Source: a virus
Lineage: Duplodnaviria > Caudoviricetes
Virus record (IMG/VR): IMGVR_UViG_3300016263_000110
Span: 1-40,669 of that record
Strand: one strand, 5' to 3'
Length of the DNA stretch: 40,669 nt
The number at the start of each line of letters is the position of its first letter. The first letter of the stretch is position 1. A program made the translations under genes and the position numbers. This document shows positions 8,706 to 17,405 of this stretch, piece after piece. The notes under the pieces are model-generated. The model worked only from the letters and a program-made list of their open reading frames with translations. It did no database searches and was not told the origin of the DNA.

Positions 8706-10744
8706 TAACCGATACCTTTTTCTGCGTAGATTAAATTGATTTCTATTTCGTGATTTGTTGCTGTAGTTCCAATAATGCCAACTTGAGGACCTGCTAAAGC
8801 AAGGTTATGTGCTGGAATATCAGTACCTGTAACAGTAACCCAACCAGTTGTTGTAGCAGTTGTGAGGTTAGTTGCTTTATATTTTAAATTATAAGTTGTT
8901 GCACCAGTTGGAACAACATCTATTTCAAATTGGAACATATCAGTATCAATAGTGTTGCAAGGATATGCAGCACCCAAGTCAATTAATGTTGGTGCACCAG
9001 TAGCATCATTGTGCATAAACTGCCAGTTGGAATGATTAGTGTCATAACCAAAACCAAACAAGTTAACATACAATGTTGTGTTTGAAAAAGCGTTGTTTGA
9101 TAACTGTTGAGCAAGACCACCATAACCAATGAACACACGTCTTGTCTGTGCGGCAGATAAAGAGTTACCAGCAACAACAGTTGACCTAATACCTTGGATA
9201 GGATAATTTTCTAACACAACGTTACGAACACCTGCAAAAGTACCAGCAGTAGTTCCACAAGGAATAGCAATACGTCTAGTTCTAGTGAACAAGTTTGTAT
9301 TAGCAATAGTAACTGCTGCTGCAGTACCAGTTGTTGTCCAAGCAACACCACCATCTGTTACAGCAGTTGCTGAGTTAGCAATAGCCTCATAACGCATAGT
9401 GCTTCTACCCCAAGAGTTAGGAAGAATATGTCCACCATAATAGGTTGTGTATGCGGCTAAATTATTTGTACCGTTAGCATTCAAAGTACCACTTGTTGTT
9501 AAGTTAACAGCAGTAGCAGTACCTGTTAAAGCAGGACTTGCTAAAGGAGCAAGAACAGTGTTATCTGCTTCAATAGTTCCAGGGGTAGGTTCAGTTAAAC
9601 CATAACCAACAGCAATAGTTGGTGCTGAAGAAAATGCTGTATAAGATAAAGATGTTGTACCAACAGTAATAGTACCTGTAGTTGTTAAAGTATAACCATA
9701 ACCAGCGTTAGTTGTTCCTTCAAGAACAAAACAGAAATCACCAGCAGCAAGTTCACCAGCAGGACTGTTATCAGCATCAGTAGCACGAGTTAAAACATAA
9801 GGAGTACCAGCAGAACCAGCATCACTAACAAAATAGATACCATTCTGTAAACCAGTAGTTTGATTCTTAACAAGAACTCTATCATCAACAGATAATGAAA
9901 CACCATCAATAGATATAGCACCATTAGCAGATGCAGTTAAAGTAGCACCAACACCAGCAGTACCATTACTATATGTTGCTGAAAGGTTTGCTGTAGTAGC
10001 AACACGAACAGAAGCATGAATGTTAATACCAGCAACGATAGAGTCAGCATAAGTTTTATTAACAGCATCACCAGCAGCAGTAGGTGTACCAAGATTTGTA
10101 ATCTTAAAATTACCCATATCAAGTGCACCAGACATAGTGTCACCAGATACGTTAACGTAGAAGCCATCTGCTTGTGCTTGAGTTAAAGAACCAACATCAC
10201 CAACACGATAAAAGTTAGCAAACAATATTGTATTAGCAACAGGTAAAGTACCACTAACATAAGCAACAGGAATCTTGTAATATCCAGTTGCTGAAGTTAC
10301 AGCACCAGTAACATTAAATACAATAGAACCTAAGTTATATGTATTGAATATTAATTGACCTTTAATAACAGTACTTGTTGAATCATCAAAAGAGTCATAC
10401 CAAGCAGTTTGATTAACGGAAGCAACATCAGTATTATCAATGTAAAGGAAAGTAACACTACCAATAGTAGCGTTGTTAAATTTAATTTTACCTGCACCTG
10501 GGTCAGAATCAGTAACACCAGTATCAAAAGTATATTCAATACCAGCAGGTTCACCTCTAGGAATCTGTAAACTTAAAGTTTGAGTAGGTGCAGTACCAGT
10601 AATAGTTGCTGTAGCATTAGCACCAGTAGCAACAGTAGTAACTGTACCTATAGATAAAGAGTTGGCTGGACCAACTGCTCCTTGAAGATTCTCAACTTCA
10701 ACTGTGATATTTGTATTACTTATAGCGTTTACTTCTGTTGGCAT
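8705..10744 (-). CDS. Long tail fibre protein
   Basis: Thr/Gly/Ala-rich; GDTMSG.L, ITNL..P....DAVNK.Y and DRVLVKNQT..QNGIY fibre motifs. Confidence 0.75.
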   Translation of the reverse strand: MPTEVNAISNTNITVEVENLQGAVGPANSLSIGTVTTVATGANATATITGTAPTQTLSLQIPRGEPAGIEYTFDTGVTDSDPGAGKIKFNNATIGSVTFLYIDNTDVASVNQTAWYDSFDDSTSTVIKGQLIFNTYNLGSIVFNVTGAVTSATGYYKIPVAYVSGTLPVANTILFANFYRVGDVGSLTQAQADGFYVNVSGDTMSGALDMGNFKITNLGTPTAAGDAVNKTYADSIVAGINIHASVRVATTANLSATYSNGTAGVGATLTASANGAISIDGVSLSVDDRVLVKNQTTGLQNGIYFVSDAGSAGTPYVLTRATDADNSPAGELAAGDFCFVLEGTTNAGYGYTLTTTGTITVGTTSLSYTAFSSAPTIAVGYGLTEPTPGTIEADNTVLAPLASPALTGTATAVNLTTSGTLNANGTNNLAAYTTYYGGHILPNSWGRSTMRYEAIANSATAVTDGGVAWTTTGTAAAVTIANTNLFTRTRRIAIPCGTTAGTFAGVRNVVLENYPIQGIRSTVVAGNSLSAAQTRRVFIGYGGLAQQLSNNAFSNTTLYVNLFGFGYDTNHSNWQFMHNDATGAPTLIDLGAAYPCNTIDTDMFQFEIDVVPTGATTYNLKYKATNLTTATTTGWVTVTGTDIPAHNLALAGPQVGIIGTTATNHEIEINLIYAEKGIG

Positions 10745-11088
10745 TAGTAGGTCACCTCTGGTCTTATAGTAAATTTGCCTTCTAAAATTCTTTGAACATT
10801 ACCTGAAACAATACCTTCAAACTCAATGTCATAAACATATTTATCTGCAGGTAAATCAGCCATATCTTCTGCAGTAATATTTAAACTAAAAGTTCCTTGA
10901 CTATCAAAAGTCATACGACCATTACTTGTAGTTAACTCAATTAAATTATCTGCTGAACCAATAAACTTTTTAATTTTCATTCTGCCTGTATAGGCATTTA
11001 AATCCCAATACACTCCATCAGTATTGATGGTAAATGTTATATTAAACGTTGAACCTTGTTCAGCAAATATGTTGTATCTACCAGCCAT
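10744..11088 (-). CDS. Small Ig-like virion/tail accessory protein
   Basis: QGSTF...YVYDIE...RILEG.FTIRPEVT pattern, common upstream of fibre genes. Confidence 0.55.
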   Translation of the reverse strand: MAGRYNIFAEQGSTFNITFTINTDGVYWDLNAYTGRMKIKKFIGSADNLIELTTSNGRMTFDSQGTFSLNITAEDMADLPADKYVYDIEFEGIVSGNVQRILEGKFTIRPEVTY

Positions 11089-11246
11089 TATTTCTTCTTT
11101 CTTGCTACAGCAGCATTATCAACTAGATTTGGATACTTTCTTCCAGCAGCCTTAGCACGAGCCTTAGCCTGTTTAATTTGTGCTGGTGTTAATTTCTTAG
11201 AAGTCTTATTAGGATTTTTTTTATCCCAGAATTGTTTCTTTACCAT
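11088..11246 (-). CDS. Small basic protein, 52 aa (MVKKQFWDKKNP...ARKKK)
   Basis: Hand-translated; TAATG coupling to the next gene. Confidence 0.7.
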   Translation of the reverse strand: MVKKQFWDKKNPNKTSKKLTPAQIKQAKARAKAAGRKYPNLVDNAAVARKKK

Positions 11247-11503
11247 TTTATTTTATTTGCCCAATACGCTGCAGACATAGGACCTTTAGCAATATTCTTT
11301 GCATGTCTTGCTTTAAATGATGCTTGTCTTGCAGTTGGTTTTTTGTCCCCAGTAACACCTTGTTGACCAAAGCGGATTGTTTTAACCTTATTACCAACCT
11401 TGGCAACAACAACGTGTGATTTAGTTGGATGGCTTGGTGTCCGCTTTGGTTTGTTATAACCAGAGACTCCTGCTTTTTTCAGTCTTGAGTCTTTTGGTTT
11501 CAT
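11240..11503 (-). CDS. Small basic phage protein (IRFGQQG...SFKARH...YWA family)
   Basis: Motifs recur in diverse phages (DUF6321-like, from memory); very K/R-rich. Confidence 0.7.
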   Translation of the reverse strand: MKPKDSRLKKAGVSGYNKPKRTPSHPTKSHVVVAKVGNKVKTIRFGQQGVTGDKKPTARQASFKARHAKNIAKGPMSAAYWANKIKW

Positions 11504-11505
11504 AA

Positions 11506-11904
11506 TTATTTACCTTTATTTTTCTTAATTATTTGTGCTCTTTTATAGTCTTGTTTTCTAATTTGTTTTGATTTAGTAGGTGCAGGTTTGTTAACTTTAT
11601 TTTTAAAATTACGTTTAGTCATTTCTTTGACAGCACCTTGTGCTTGGTAATCAGCATAAGAACCTTCAGTTTTCCAAGCGTCTTCTAACACATTACGATA
11701 AAGACGTTGTGCACTTTGTTGATTGTAATACTTCTTTTTAACATCAGAAGTTTTCTTAACAACCTTAACATTAGAAGTAGGATACTTACTTGCAGGCTTA
11801 CTAGACTTAGCACTACTCTTTATAGCCTTAGCAACAGCAGCCCTACCATACTTTGCAATCAATCTCGCTGCAGCATCTGCAGCACCCTTTTGTGGCTTAG
11901 CCAT
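11506..11904 (-). CDS. Lys/Ala-rich basic protein with MAKPQKG...LIAKYG N-terminus
   Basis: Tightly packed ORF; N-terminus paralogous to 11908-12258. Confidence 0.75.
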   Translation of the reverse strand: MAKPQKGAADAAARLIAKYGRAAVAKAIKSSAKSSKPASKYPTSNVKVVKKTSDVKKKYYNQQSAQRLYRNVLEDAWKTEGSYADYQAQGAVKEMTKRNFKNKVNKPAPTKSKQIRKQDYKRAQIIKKNKGK

Positions 11905-12258
11905 TATCTATTTCCTTTTCTTTCCTAGTGCTTTTTTCATTTTTGCTAAATCTTTAGCAGTCTTAGGACCAGATGCTTTTCTAGGTAAATCAACTTTGTC
12001 ACCAGTAAAAATTTTATTTGTACGAGCATCTCTAACATTGCCGTATGCTTCTTTATTAGAAGGAGTAGGAAAGCCAAACTTGTTAGCCATCTTTTTATAT
12101 GCTGCAACTTCTTTCATAAAGTTAGCACGTTCAGTTTGACCTGAACGAATCTTAGAAGGTTTATTTGCAGCCTTCAAAGCATTATGAACAGCACGAGCAC
12201 CATATTTTGCAATTAGTTTTGCTGCAGCATCTGCAACACCTTTTTGTGGTTTAGCCAT
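11845..12258 (-). repeat. Diverged ~60-nt direct repeat encoding the shared N-terminus (11845-11904 and 12199-12258)
   Basis: ATGGCTAA(G/A)CCACAAAA(G/A)GGTG(C/T)TGCAGATGCTGCAGC...ATTGCAAA(G/A)TATGGT; differences are mostly synonymous. Confidence 0.8.
11908..12258 (-). CDS. Lys/Ala-rich basic protein with MAKPQKG...LIAKYG N-terminus
   Basis: TAATG-coupled; paralogous N-terminus. Confidence 0.75.
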   Translation of the reverse strand: MAKPQKGVADAAAKLIAKYGARAVHNALKAANKPSKIRSGQTERANFMKEVAAYKKMANKFGFPTPSNKEAYGNVRDARTNKIFTGDKVDLPRKASGPKTAKDLAKMKKALGKKRK

Positions 12259-12692
12259 TATTTTCCCTTTTTCTTTTTGTACTTATTTAAATTAGTAACA
12301 TTACCAGCCTTCTCAGCACGAAGCCTTGCAGAACGTGCAGAAGCAGCATTAGTCATACCAATAAATGGGGAAGACGGTTTAGAAACGGCAACACCGTTCT
12401 TTTTTAATTCATTCAAAAACTTTTGAGCCTTTTTAACTTTACGTGCCTCATTAATAGCCTTAGCACCCTTACCAACTACCTTTGCTGCCCTACCATAAGG
12501 TGCGGTAGCCAAAGCAGCATCCAAAGCCAAACCCCTAATAACCTTATTTTTTTGAGCAGGAGTTAAAGCATTCCAATTCTTACTAGCCCTTTTATTAGCC
12601 TTAGCAGCATCTTTAGGTTTAACACCCATACCGCTAGACCCAGCATAAAAATATGGTTTCTTACCATCATTCTTCTTAGGTTTCTGTGCCAT
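12258..12692 (-). CDS. Lys/Ala-rich basic protein
   Basis: TAATG-coupled at both ends. Confidence 0.75.
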   Translation of the reverse strand: MAQKPKKNDGKKPYFYAGSSGMGVKPKDAAKANKRASKNWNALTPAQKNKVIRGLALDAALATAPYGRAAKVVGKGAKAINEARKVKKAQKFLNELKKNGVAVSKPSSPFIGMTNAASARSARLRAEKAGNVTNLNKYKKKKGK

Positions 12693-13336
12693 TATTTACC
12701 CCCACTCATTTTCTTCATTTTCTTTTTAACAGCCCTAGCCCTCTTAACAAGAAGTTCACGTTGCTTAATAATGCCAAGTCTTTCCTGACTTAACTTATCA
12801 ATAGCAATAGAAATTTTTTCTTTCTGTGCAGGAGTAGTAGGTTTTTGTTTCATTAAACTAGACATTTGAGTTTGAATAGCATTAAGTCTAGAATCAAACT
12901 CTTCCCTTAAATCACCAAGAGTTTTAGGTTTAACAGTGCTTTTAGGTGTCCATTTACCAGTAACACCTTTAGGTTCAGTTTCTTGCAATTTTGCTGGACT
13001 TCTATCTGTAGTAATAAGAACTTTTTTACCTTTAGCAGGTCCTTTAATTCTACCAGAACGAGTAACTTGACCTTCAGCATTAATTTTAGCAGTTAATTCA
13101 TCTTTAAGACCATCAAGTCTTTTCTTTAAAGTAATACCAAAATCTGCAAGTTTCTTTTTAACAGCAGGATTAGTTTCATTCTTAAACATCTCACGACCTT
13201 TAGCAAGACGTTTCTCTAACTCATCAATCTGCTGTTCAAGAGTTTGAGCAGCCCTCTTAACTGTCTTCTTAACAACTGGTGCTGCTTTGGCTGCAGCCTT
13301 AGCGGCAGCCTTAGCACCCTCACTAGCGATACTCAT
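12692..13336 (-). CDS. Lys/Ala-rich basic coiled-coil protein
   Basis: AKAAAKAAAKAA N-terminus and heptad segments; coupled overlaps. Confidence 0.75.
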   Translation of the reverse strand: MSIASEGAKAAAKAAAKAAPVVKKTVKRAAQTLEQQIDELEKRLAKGREMFKNETNPAVKKKLADFGITLKKRLDGLKDELTAKINAEGQVTRSGRIKGPAKGKKVLITTDRSPAKLQETEPKGVTGKWTPKSTVKPKTLGDLREEFDSRLNAIQTQMSSLMKQKPTTPAQKEKISIAIDKLSQERLGIIKQRELLVKRARAVKKKMKKMSGGK

Positions 13337-13473
13337 TTCTTTGGTTTACTTGGCTTTGCTGTTTCAATACTTGATGGGGTAGGACTGATAGGCATACCCA
13401 TTGGGTTATCACCTTTAGCATTAGCCATAGCATGGTCTACGTTTGGATAGTTGCATCCACATGTTGAACACAT
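13333..13473 (-). CDS. Small protein, 46 aa (MCSTCGCNYP...KPKK)
   Basis: Hand-translated; CxxCGC N-terminus; ATGA overlap. Confidence 0.65.
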   Translation of the reverse strand: MCSTCGCNYPNVDHAMANAKGDNPMGMPISPTPSSIETAKPSKPKK

Positions 13474-13474
13474 A

Positions 13475-13648
13475 TTATTTACCTTTCTTTTTTAAACTTT
13501 GTTGTCTTACTTTAAATTCAGCAGCCTTACGTTTTGGTTTAGGTGCTTGAATACTAGAAGAATTTTTATACATTTTTACTAATTTGTCTGCTTCTTTTTG
13601 ACGACGTCTTAAAGCAGCCTCATAGTAACTACCATTATTATTTGCCAC
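13475..13648 (-). CDS. Small basic protein, 57 aa (MANNNGSYYEAALRRR...KKKGK)
   Basis: Hand-translated; GTG start with AAAGGAG RBS. Confidence 0.6.
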   Translation of the reverse strand: MANNNGSYYEAALRRRQKEADKLVKMYKNSSSIQAPKPKRKAAEFKVRQQSLKKKGK

Positions 13649-13817
13649 GACGAACTCCTTTAACTTTCTTTAAATTAGGATTTTTTCTTTTAGCCGCAGG
13701 AGATGCTTTACGAGCACCTGCTGCAAGAATAGCACCAGCACGTTCCATACTGATACCTTGTTTTTTAGAAATTTGTTTTTGGGCTTTCTTAAAACCCATA
13801 CCTTTCTTAACTGCCAT
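13638..13817 (-). CDS. Small basic protein, 59 aa (MAVKKGMGFKKAQ...ERAGAILA...NPNLKKVKG)
   Basis: Hand-translated; AGGAG RBS. Confidence 0.7.
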   Translation of the reverse strand: MAVKKGMGFKKAQKQISKKQGISMERAGAILAAGARKASPAAKRKNPNLKKVKGVRRGK

Positions 13818-14058
13818 ACGCCACTCCTGCTTTATTAGATATATCTATAGCCTTACGTATATCCTTAGTCTTAGTAGAGTCAGGTTGAATACCTTGTCTA
13901 CGTGCTTCACGATATAACGCAAGTTCATTATCCCACTTCTTGGCTGACATACTTAACCTAGAATTGGCTTCTCCTGGATTCAAATCAAGTGTGGATGCTT
14001 TACATCCAAAACATCCTTCAACAAATTCTGGATGTGTTTTAAGTCTATGAAGACTCAT
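13807..14058 (-). CDS. Hypothetical protein (H..H....CFGC motif)
   Basis: Coupled ORF in the head module; possible metal-binding motif. Confidence 0.7.
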   Translation of the reverse strand: MSLHRLKTHPEFVEGCFGCKASTLDLNPGEANSRLSMSAKKWDNELALYREARRQGIQPDSTKTKDIRKAIDISNKAGVAYGS

Positions 14059-14342
14059 CTATTCCCCTGTAGTTTATCTAACTTAAATTCAATACGTTGA
14101 ACTGCGTCTTTCAAAGATGAACCACCATTATTAGAAAGTTCACCATCAAGTCTGTTTAACCGTTCCATTACCCCTGGAACTCTGTCTCTGCCTGGTTCTG
14201 CTTCTTCGCCTTCCCAGTCCCTACGAAACTTATCAAGCCAAGTAAAGAATACTTTAATCTTTTTAATCGGAACAGCAATCACCGCAATGACCGCAGCGAT
14301 TGCACCTGCAACGGCACCAATAGTAATAATCGTGTTTGTCAT
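14055..14342 (-). CDS. Single-TM membrane protein (NGGSSLKD motif)
   Basis: N-terminal TM helix; NGGSS.KD motif seen in actinophage membrane/holin-associated proteins. Confidence 0.65.
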   Translation of the reverse strand: MTNTIITIGAVAGAIAAVIAVIAVPIKKIKVFFTWLDKFRRDWEGEEAEPGRDRVPGVMERLNRLDGELSNNGGSSLKDAVQRIEFKLDKLQGNR

Positions 14343-14593
14343 TCGAAATTAACCTCAGTAATGCCGATGCCTGCTGCAATAAGTGCGTTCTTAATTTCAA
14401 TACTAACTTCATACTCGTGACCTCCAGCGTAATATTCTGATGCGGATTCTATTTGGTCTGTGGAAGGAACTCTAATAATTCTATATGTGTTATTAATTTT
14501 TAAAACAGATTTTCCCCTTTTATGTTTATATCTATAAAATAAACCTTTACCTGCTGGTCCTTCATCAACAGTAGGTGGGAAAAACTTTGGCAA
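14339..14593 (-). CDS. Hypothetical head-associated protein
   Basis: TTG start with CAGGAG RBS; immediately after the capsid gene. Confidence 0.65.
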   Translation of the reverse strand: MPKFFPPTVDEGPAGKGLFYRYKHKRGKSVLKINNTYRIIRVPSTDQIESASEYYAGGHEYEVSIEIKNALIAAGIGITEVNFE

Positions 14594-14613
14594 TTTAATT
14601 CTCCTGAAATAGA

Positions 14614-14637
14614 GTAGCCCCCAATTAAGGGGGCTAC
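14614..14637 (-). terminator. Stem-loop after the major capsid gene (terminator or mRNA stabiliser)
   Basis: GTAGCCCCC-TTAATT-GGGGGCTAC followed by TCTATTT on the minus strand. Confidence 0.7.
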
Positions 14638-14647
14638 AGTTATAGCA

Positions 14648-15664
14648 TTAGTTAATGCTTGAGGCAGATTCGATTCTGTATAAGGCTGCTTCACGATAGC
14701 GTTTGAAGCCTAATACACCGTACCAACCGATTGGACGTAAACGCATTAATTTATCGGTTACGTTACCAATGACTACATGTGGTTCTTCTGCAACTGCTTC
14801 AGCAAGTGCTTGTTGACCTGCTAAGTAAGTGCGGAATACACGGCGACTTGATGCACCGTCAGTTGCGTTGTAGCAACGTGGTGATTCGATGAAGTATGCT
14901 CCTTCGAATTGTCCAATTTCGCCAGACCAAATGTTTTCATTTGTTTGGTATTCATGTGGCAATCTCCATGCACCAGAACCAGTTTCTGCACGAAGGTCGT
15001 GTGAAACTTCTGGGTGGATTGCACACCAGTACAATGAACCCTTACGTGGAACAGCATTTGCTGCACGTAATTTAGCAATAGAGTAACGAATATCTGCTGC
15101 AGAGATTGTGTCTTCTGCTGCGATTTCGTTTGTTGCTGTTGGGTCAGATGCACCAGCAGAACCATAACGGACGTTTGTTCCGCCACGAAGTTCTGTTTGA
15201 ACTATTTCATCAATTGAGTCAGCCATGTTGTATGCAACAATGTTTGCAATTGCTGGGTCAACATCTGCTAATGAGAATAGTTGTAGTTTGCGTGTGGTCA
15301 ACACTGCGTTACCGTATTCGTTGAGAGTTACAGTAACTGCAGTTGGAGTACCAATTGCTACTGAATCTGGGTCAACTTGTTCGGATAGAGCAGTTGTTGC
15401 TTTGGTCATATCATTGTAAATTTGAAATACAATGGATGAACCAGGCATTGATTGTCTTGCTGGTTTTTTATCAGCAACTGAACGAAGCAATGGTTGGGAA
15501 CGTAGAGAAAACTCTACTAAACGGTCGTATGCTTTTTGTACAAGACCTGCACCATTAGATGGTGTAAAGGTACCTACGTTATCAGCACTTGAATATTGAC
15601 CGCCACCAAGACCACCGTTAGTTGTTGCTGTACCACCAGAGAGAGCGGTATAGGCATTTGCCAT
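14648..15664 (-). CDS. Major capsid protein (N4-gp56-like family)
   Basis: 338 aa; VTL.EYGN, IHP....DL, GEIG..EG..FIES and IGWYG..G motifs; strong RBS and highly-expressed codon bias. Confidence 0.88.
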   Translation of the reverse strand: MANAYTALSGGTATTNGGLGGGQYSSADNVGTFTPSNGAGLVQKAYDRLVEFSLRSQPLLRSVADKKPARQSMPGSSIVFQIYNDMTKATTALSEQVDPDSVAIGTPTAVTVTLNEYGNAVLTTRKLQLFSLADVDPAIANIVAYNMADSIDEIVQTELRGGTNVRYGSAGASDPTATNEIAAEDTISAADIRYSIAKLRAANAVPRKGSLYWCAIHPEVSHDLRAETGSGAWRLPHEYQTNENIWSGEIGQFEGAYFIESPRCYNATDGASSRRVFRTYLAGQQALAEAVAEEPHVVIGNVTDKLMRLRPIGWYGVLGFKRYREAALYRIESASSIN

Positions 15665-15678
15665 TTCGGTTTTCCTTT

Positions 15679-16167
15679 TTAGTAGTTATCGGAAGATTCA
15701 CCATAAATCATGTTAATGATTTCTTGTGCATCTTGTGCTTGGTTGATGCGAAGCATCATGTCATCCACACCGATAGGAGTTTGTCCTGCTGCGGTGATGG
15801 TGTCAATTTGTCGAAGGGTTGCTAAACTTGGATTTTCAGCAGGTCGTTCCTCTTGAATTTCTAAACCAAAAACATCGGCATTTTCCTTAATCCAGTTTTC
15901 AACTGTTTCAGTATTAACTTCGATATCACTTGGAATAAATTTAGCAATCTTTGGATTAACGCCCATCGACTCTAAAACAAACTGGACAGTATTATCACGC
16001 TCAGCAACTTTATAGTTGGTGAGTTGACTTTCTAGTTCCTTGATTCTTCTTGACTGTTCTTTTTCTAATTTCCTTAATTGCTTAAGTAAATCAGTTTCAG
16101 CAGGAATATCATATTCATCATACTCATCATTGATATCTGCATCCCAGTTGTTTCTTTTGTTGCTCAT
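15679..16167 (-). CDS. Scaffolding protein
   Basis: Acidic coiled-coil directly upstream of the capsid gene. ATG 16167 with a GGGAG RBS is preferred over GTG 16209. Confidence 0.7.
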   Translation of the reverse strand: MSNKRNNWDADINDEYDEYDIPAETDLLKQLRKLEKEQSRRIKELESQLTNYKVAERDNTVQFVLESMGVNPKIAKFIPSDIEVNTETVENWIKENADVFGLEIQEERPAENPSLATLRQIDTITAAGQTPIGVDDMMLRINQAQDAQEIINMIYGESSDNY

Positions 16168-16198
16168 GCAACAGTCTCCCATTCTTTTAGTAGTTGAC

Positions 16199-16282
16199 GT
16201 AAGCCTCACACCGAAACAGGGGACGTATCAATGTGGCTCTTACTACCAGACTTTTACTCACGCAAGGGCTGGTCAATCTTGC
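16199..16282 (-). promoter_or_regulatory. Structured 5' leader (pseudoknot plus long hairpin) of the scaffold/capsid mRNA
   Basis: GCAAG/CTTGC stem whose loop ACCAG can pair with downstream CTGGT, then a GTAAG-A-GCCACATTGA...TCGGTGT-GA-GGCTTAC hairpin with a GTCCCCT loop. Confidence 0.5.
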
Positions 16283-16298
16283 TGTGGAGGTTTATGTG

Positions 16299-17405
16299 TT
16301 AGATTGCTCCTGCAATTTGTTGTTTAAATGCAGTACCAACATTAGTTCCTGCAGAACCAGAAAACATTGCTTCTTCTTTTTTCTGCAGTTTCTTACGACG
16401 TTGAGATTCTAATCCTTTAAATTGTTCAGAAGTTAATTCTTCTTGAATACCAGCAGAAGTACCTTCATATAATCTGGCAAGTTTTTCTGTAGCAGAAAGA
16501 TTACGTGAAACATTAGAGAAACCAACTCTTGCTTGTTCTCTAGTTATACCTAATTGTTCAAGTTCACCAATGGTTTGTTCAGCAGTTTGGATATTAAATC
16601 TTCTTGATTCAGAACCAATCTCTGCACGTTGAACTTTACGTTGTAATTGTGCAGCCATATCTTCAGGATTTTTACCAGTCAATAATGCTTTAGCATAATC
16701 AGTATCATCCAATGTTGGAAAATATGTTTTCAAAGTATCTTTTAATAACTTGTCAGCATTTTTAACTTTGTCATATACATTAATAATTCTTGCTTTAGTT
16801 TCATCAACAGAAACATCATTACCTATCAGTTCAGCATAGGTTGCTTGGTTAGCCAAGTCACCTAAACCAGCACGTTGTAAAGTTTCTTGATAATCTTTTT
16901 CTAACTGTATATAAGTAAATGGGTCTACTGCTTGTGCTTTTTTACCAGCAGCAATATCTGCAGCAAAAGTTTTATTATATTTATCTATACCAGCAAAACG
17001 TTCTTTAAATTCAGGCAAGTCACGTATAGCAACTTGAACACTTTCTGCAGTGTAACCTTGATTAATAATAAGGTCAGATATTTTATCAACAATACTTTCT
17101 TTTAAACCTAAAATTTTTGCTAAGTTCTTTGCAACAGCCTTGGCACTAACTCTATCTTTTTCTGCTTGTGCTGCTTGGGCTGCTTCCCATTGCACTTGCC
17201 AATCAGGTTTAGTTTCAGTTGTTGCAGGTAATTTAACACCAGCAAGGGCTGCATTAGTTGCAGCGTTAACAGCATTCCAATCTGTTTTTTTATCTAATAA
17301 ATATTCTTGATATCTACCTGAACCACCTGTACGAGCAGTAGTAGAACCTTTACCTTTAGAACTAGAACCTTTAGAACTAGAACCTTTGCCTTTACCTTTA
17401 GCCAT
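16299..17405 (-). CDS. Internal virion (ejection) protein, putative
   Basis: Helical 368 aa protein between portal and scaffold; low-complexity KGSSS N-terminus. Confidence 0.55.
   Translation of the reverse strand: MAKGKGKGSSSKGSSSKGKGSTTARTGGSGRYQEYLLDKKTDWNAVNAATNAALAGVKLPATTETKPDWQVQWEAAQAAQAEKDRVSAKAVAKNLAKILGLKESIVDKISDLIINQGYTAESVQVAIRDLPEFKERFAGIDKYNKTFAADIAAGKKAQAVDPFTYIQLEKDYQETLQRAGLGDLANQATYAELIGNDVSVDETKARIINVYDKVKNADKLLKDTLKTYFPTLDDTDYAKALLTGKNPEDMAAQLQRKVQRAEIGSESRRFNIQTAEQTIGELEQLGITREQARVGFSNVSRNLSATEKLARLYEGTSAGIQEELTSEQFKGLESQRRKKLQKKEEAMFSGSAGTNVGTAFKQQIAGAI
17352..17387. repeat. 15-nt tandem repeat (ACCTTTAGAACTAGA x2.4) encoding KGSSS
   Basis: Seen directly in the sequence. 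Confidence 0.8.

Noticed and set aside
11506-13817. Recurring C-terminal (K/G)GK-stop as a sorting signal
   Set aside because: More simply explained by the AAAGGTAAATAA(TG) Shine-Dalgarno and stop-start overlap used for translational coupling.
16168-16209. GTG start at 16209 for the scaffold gene
   Set aside because: It is buried in the leader hairpin; ATG 16167 has the RBS.
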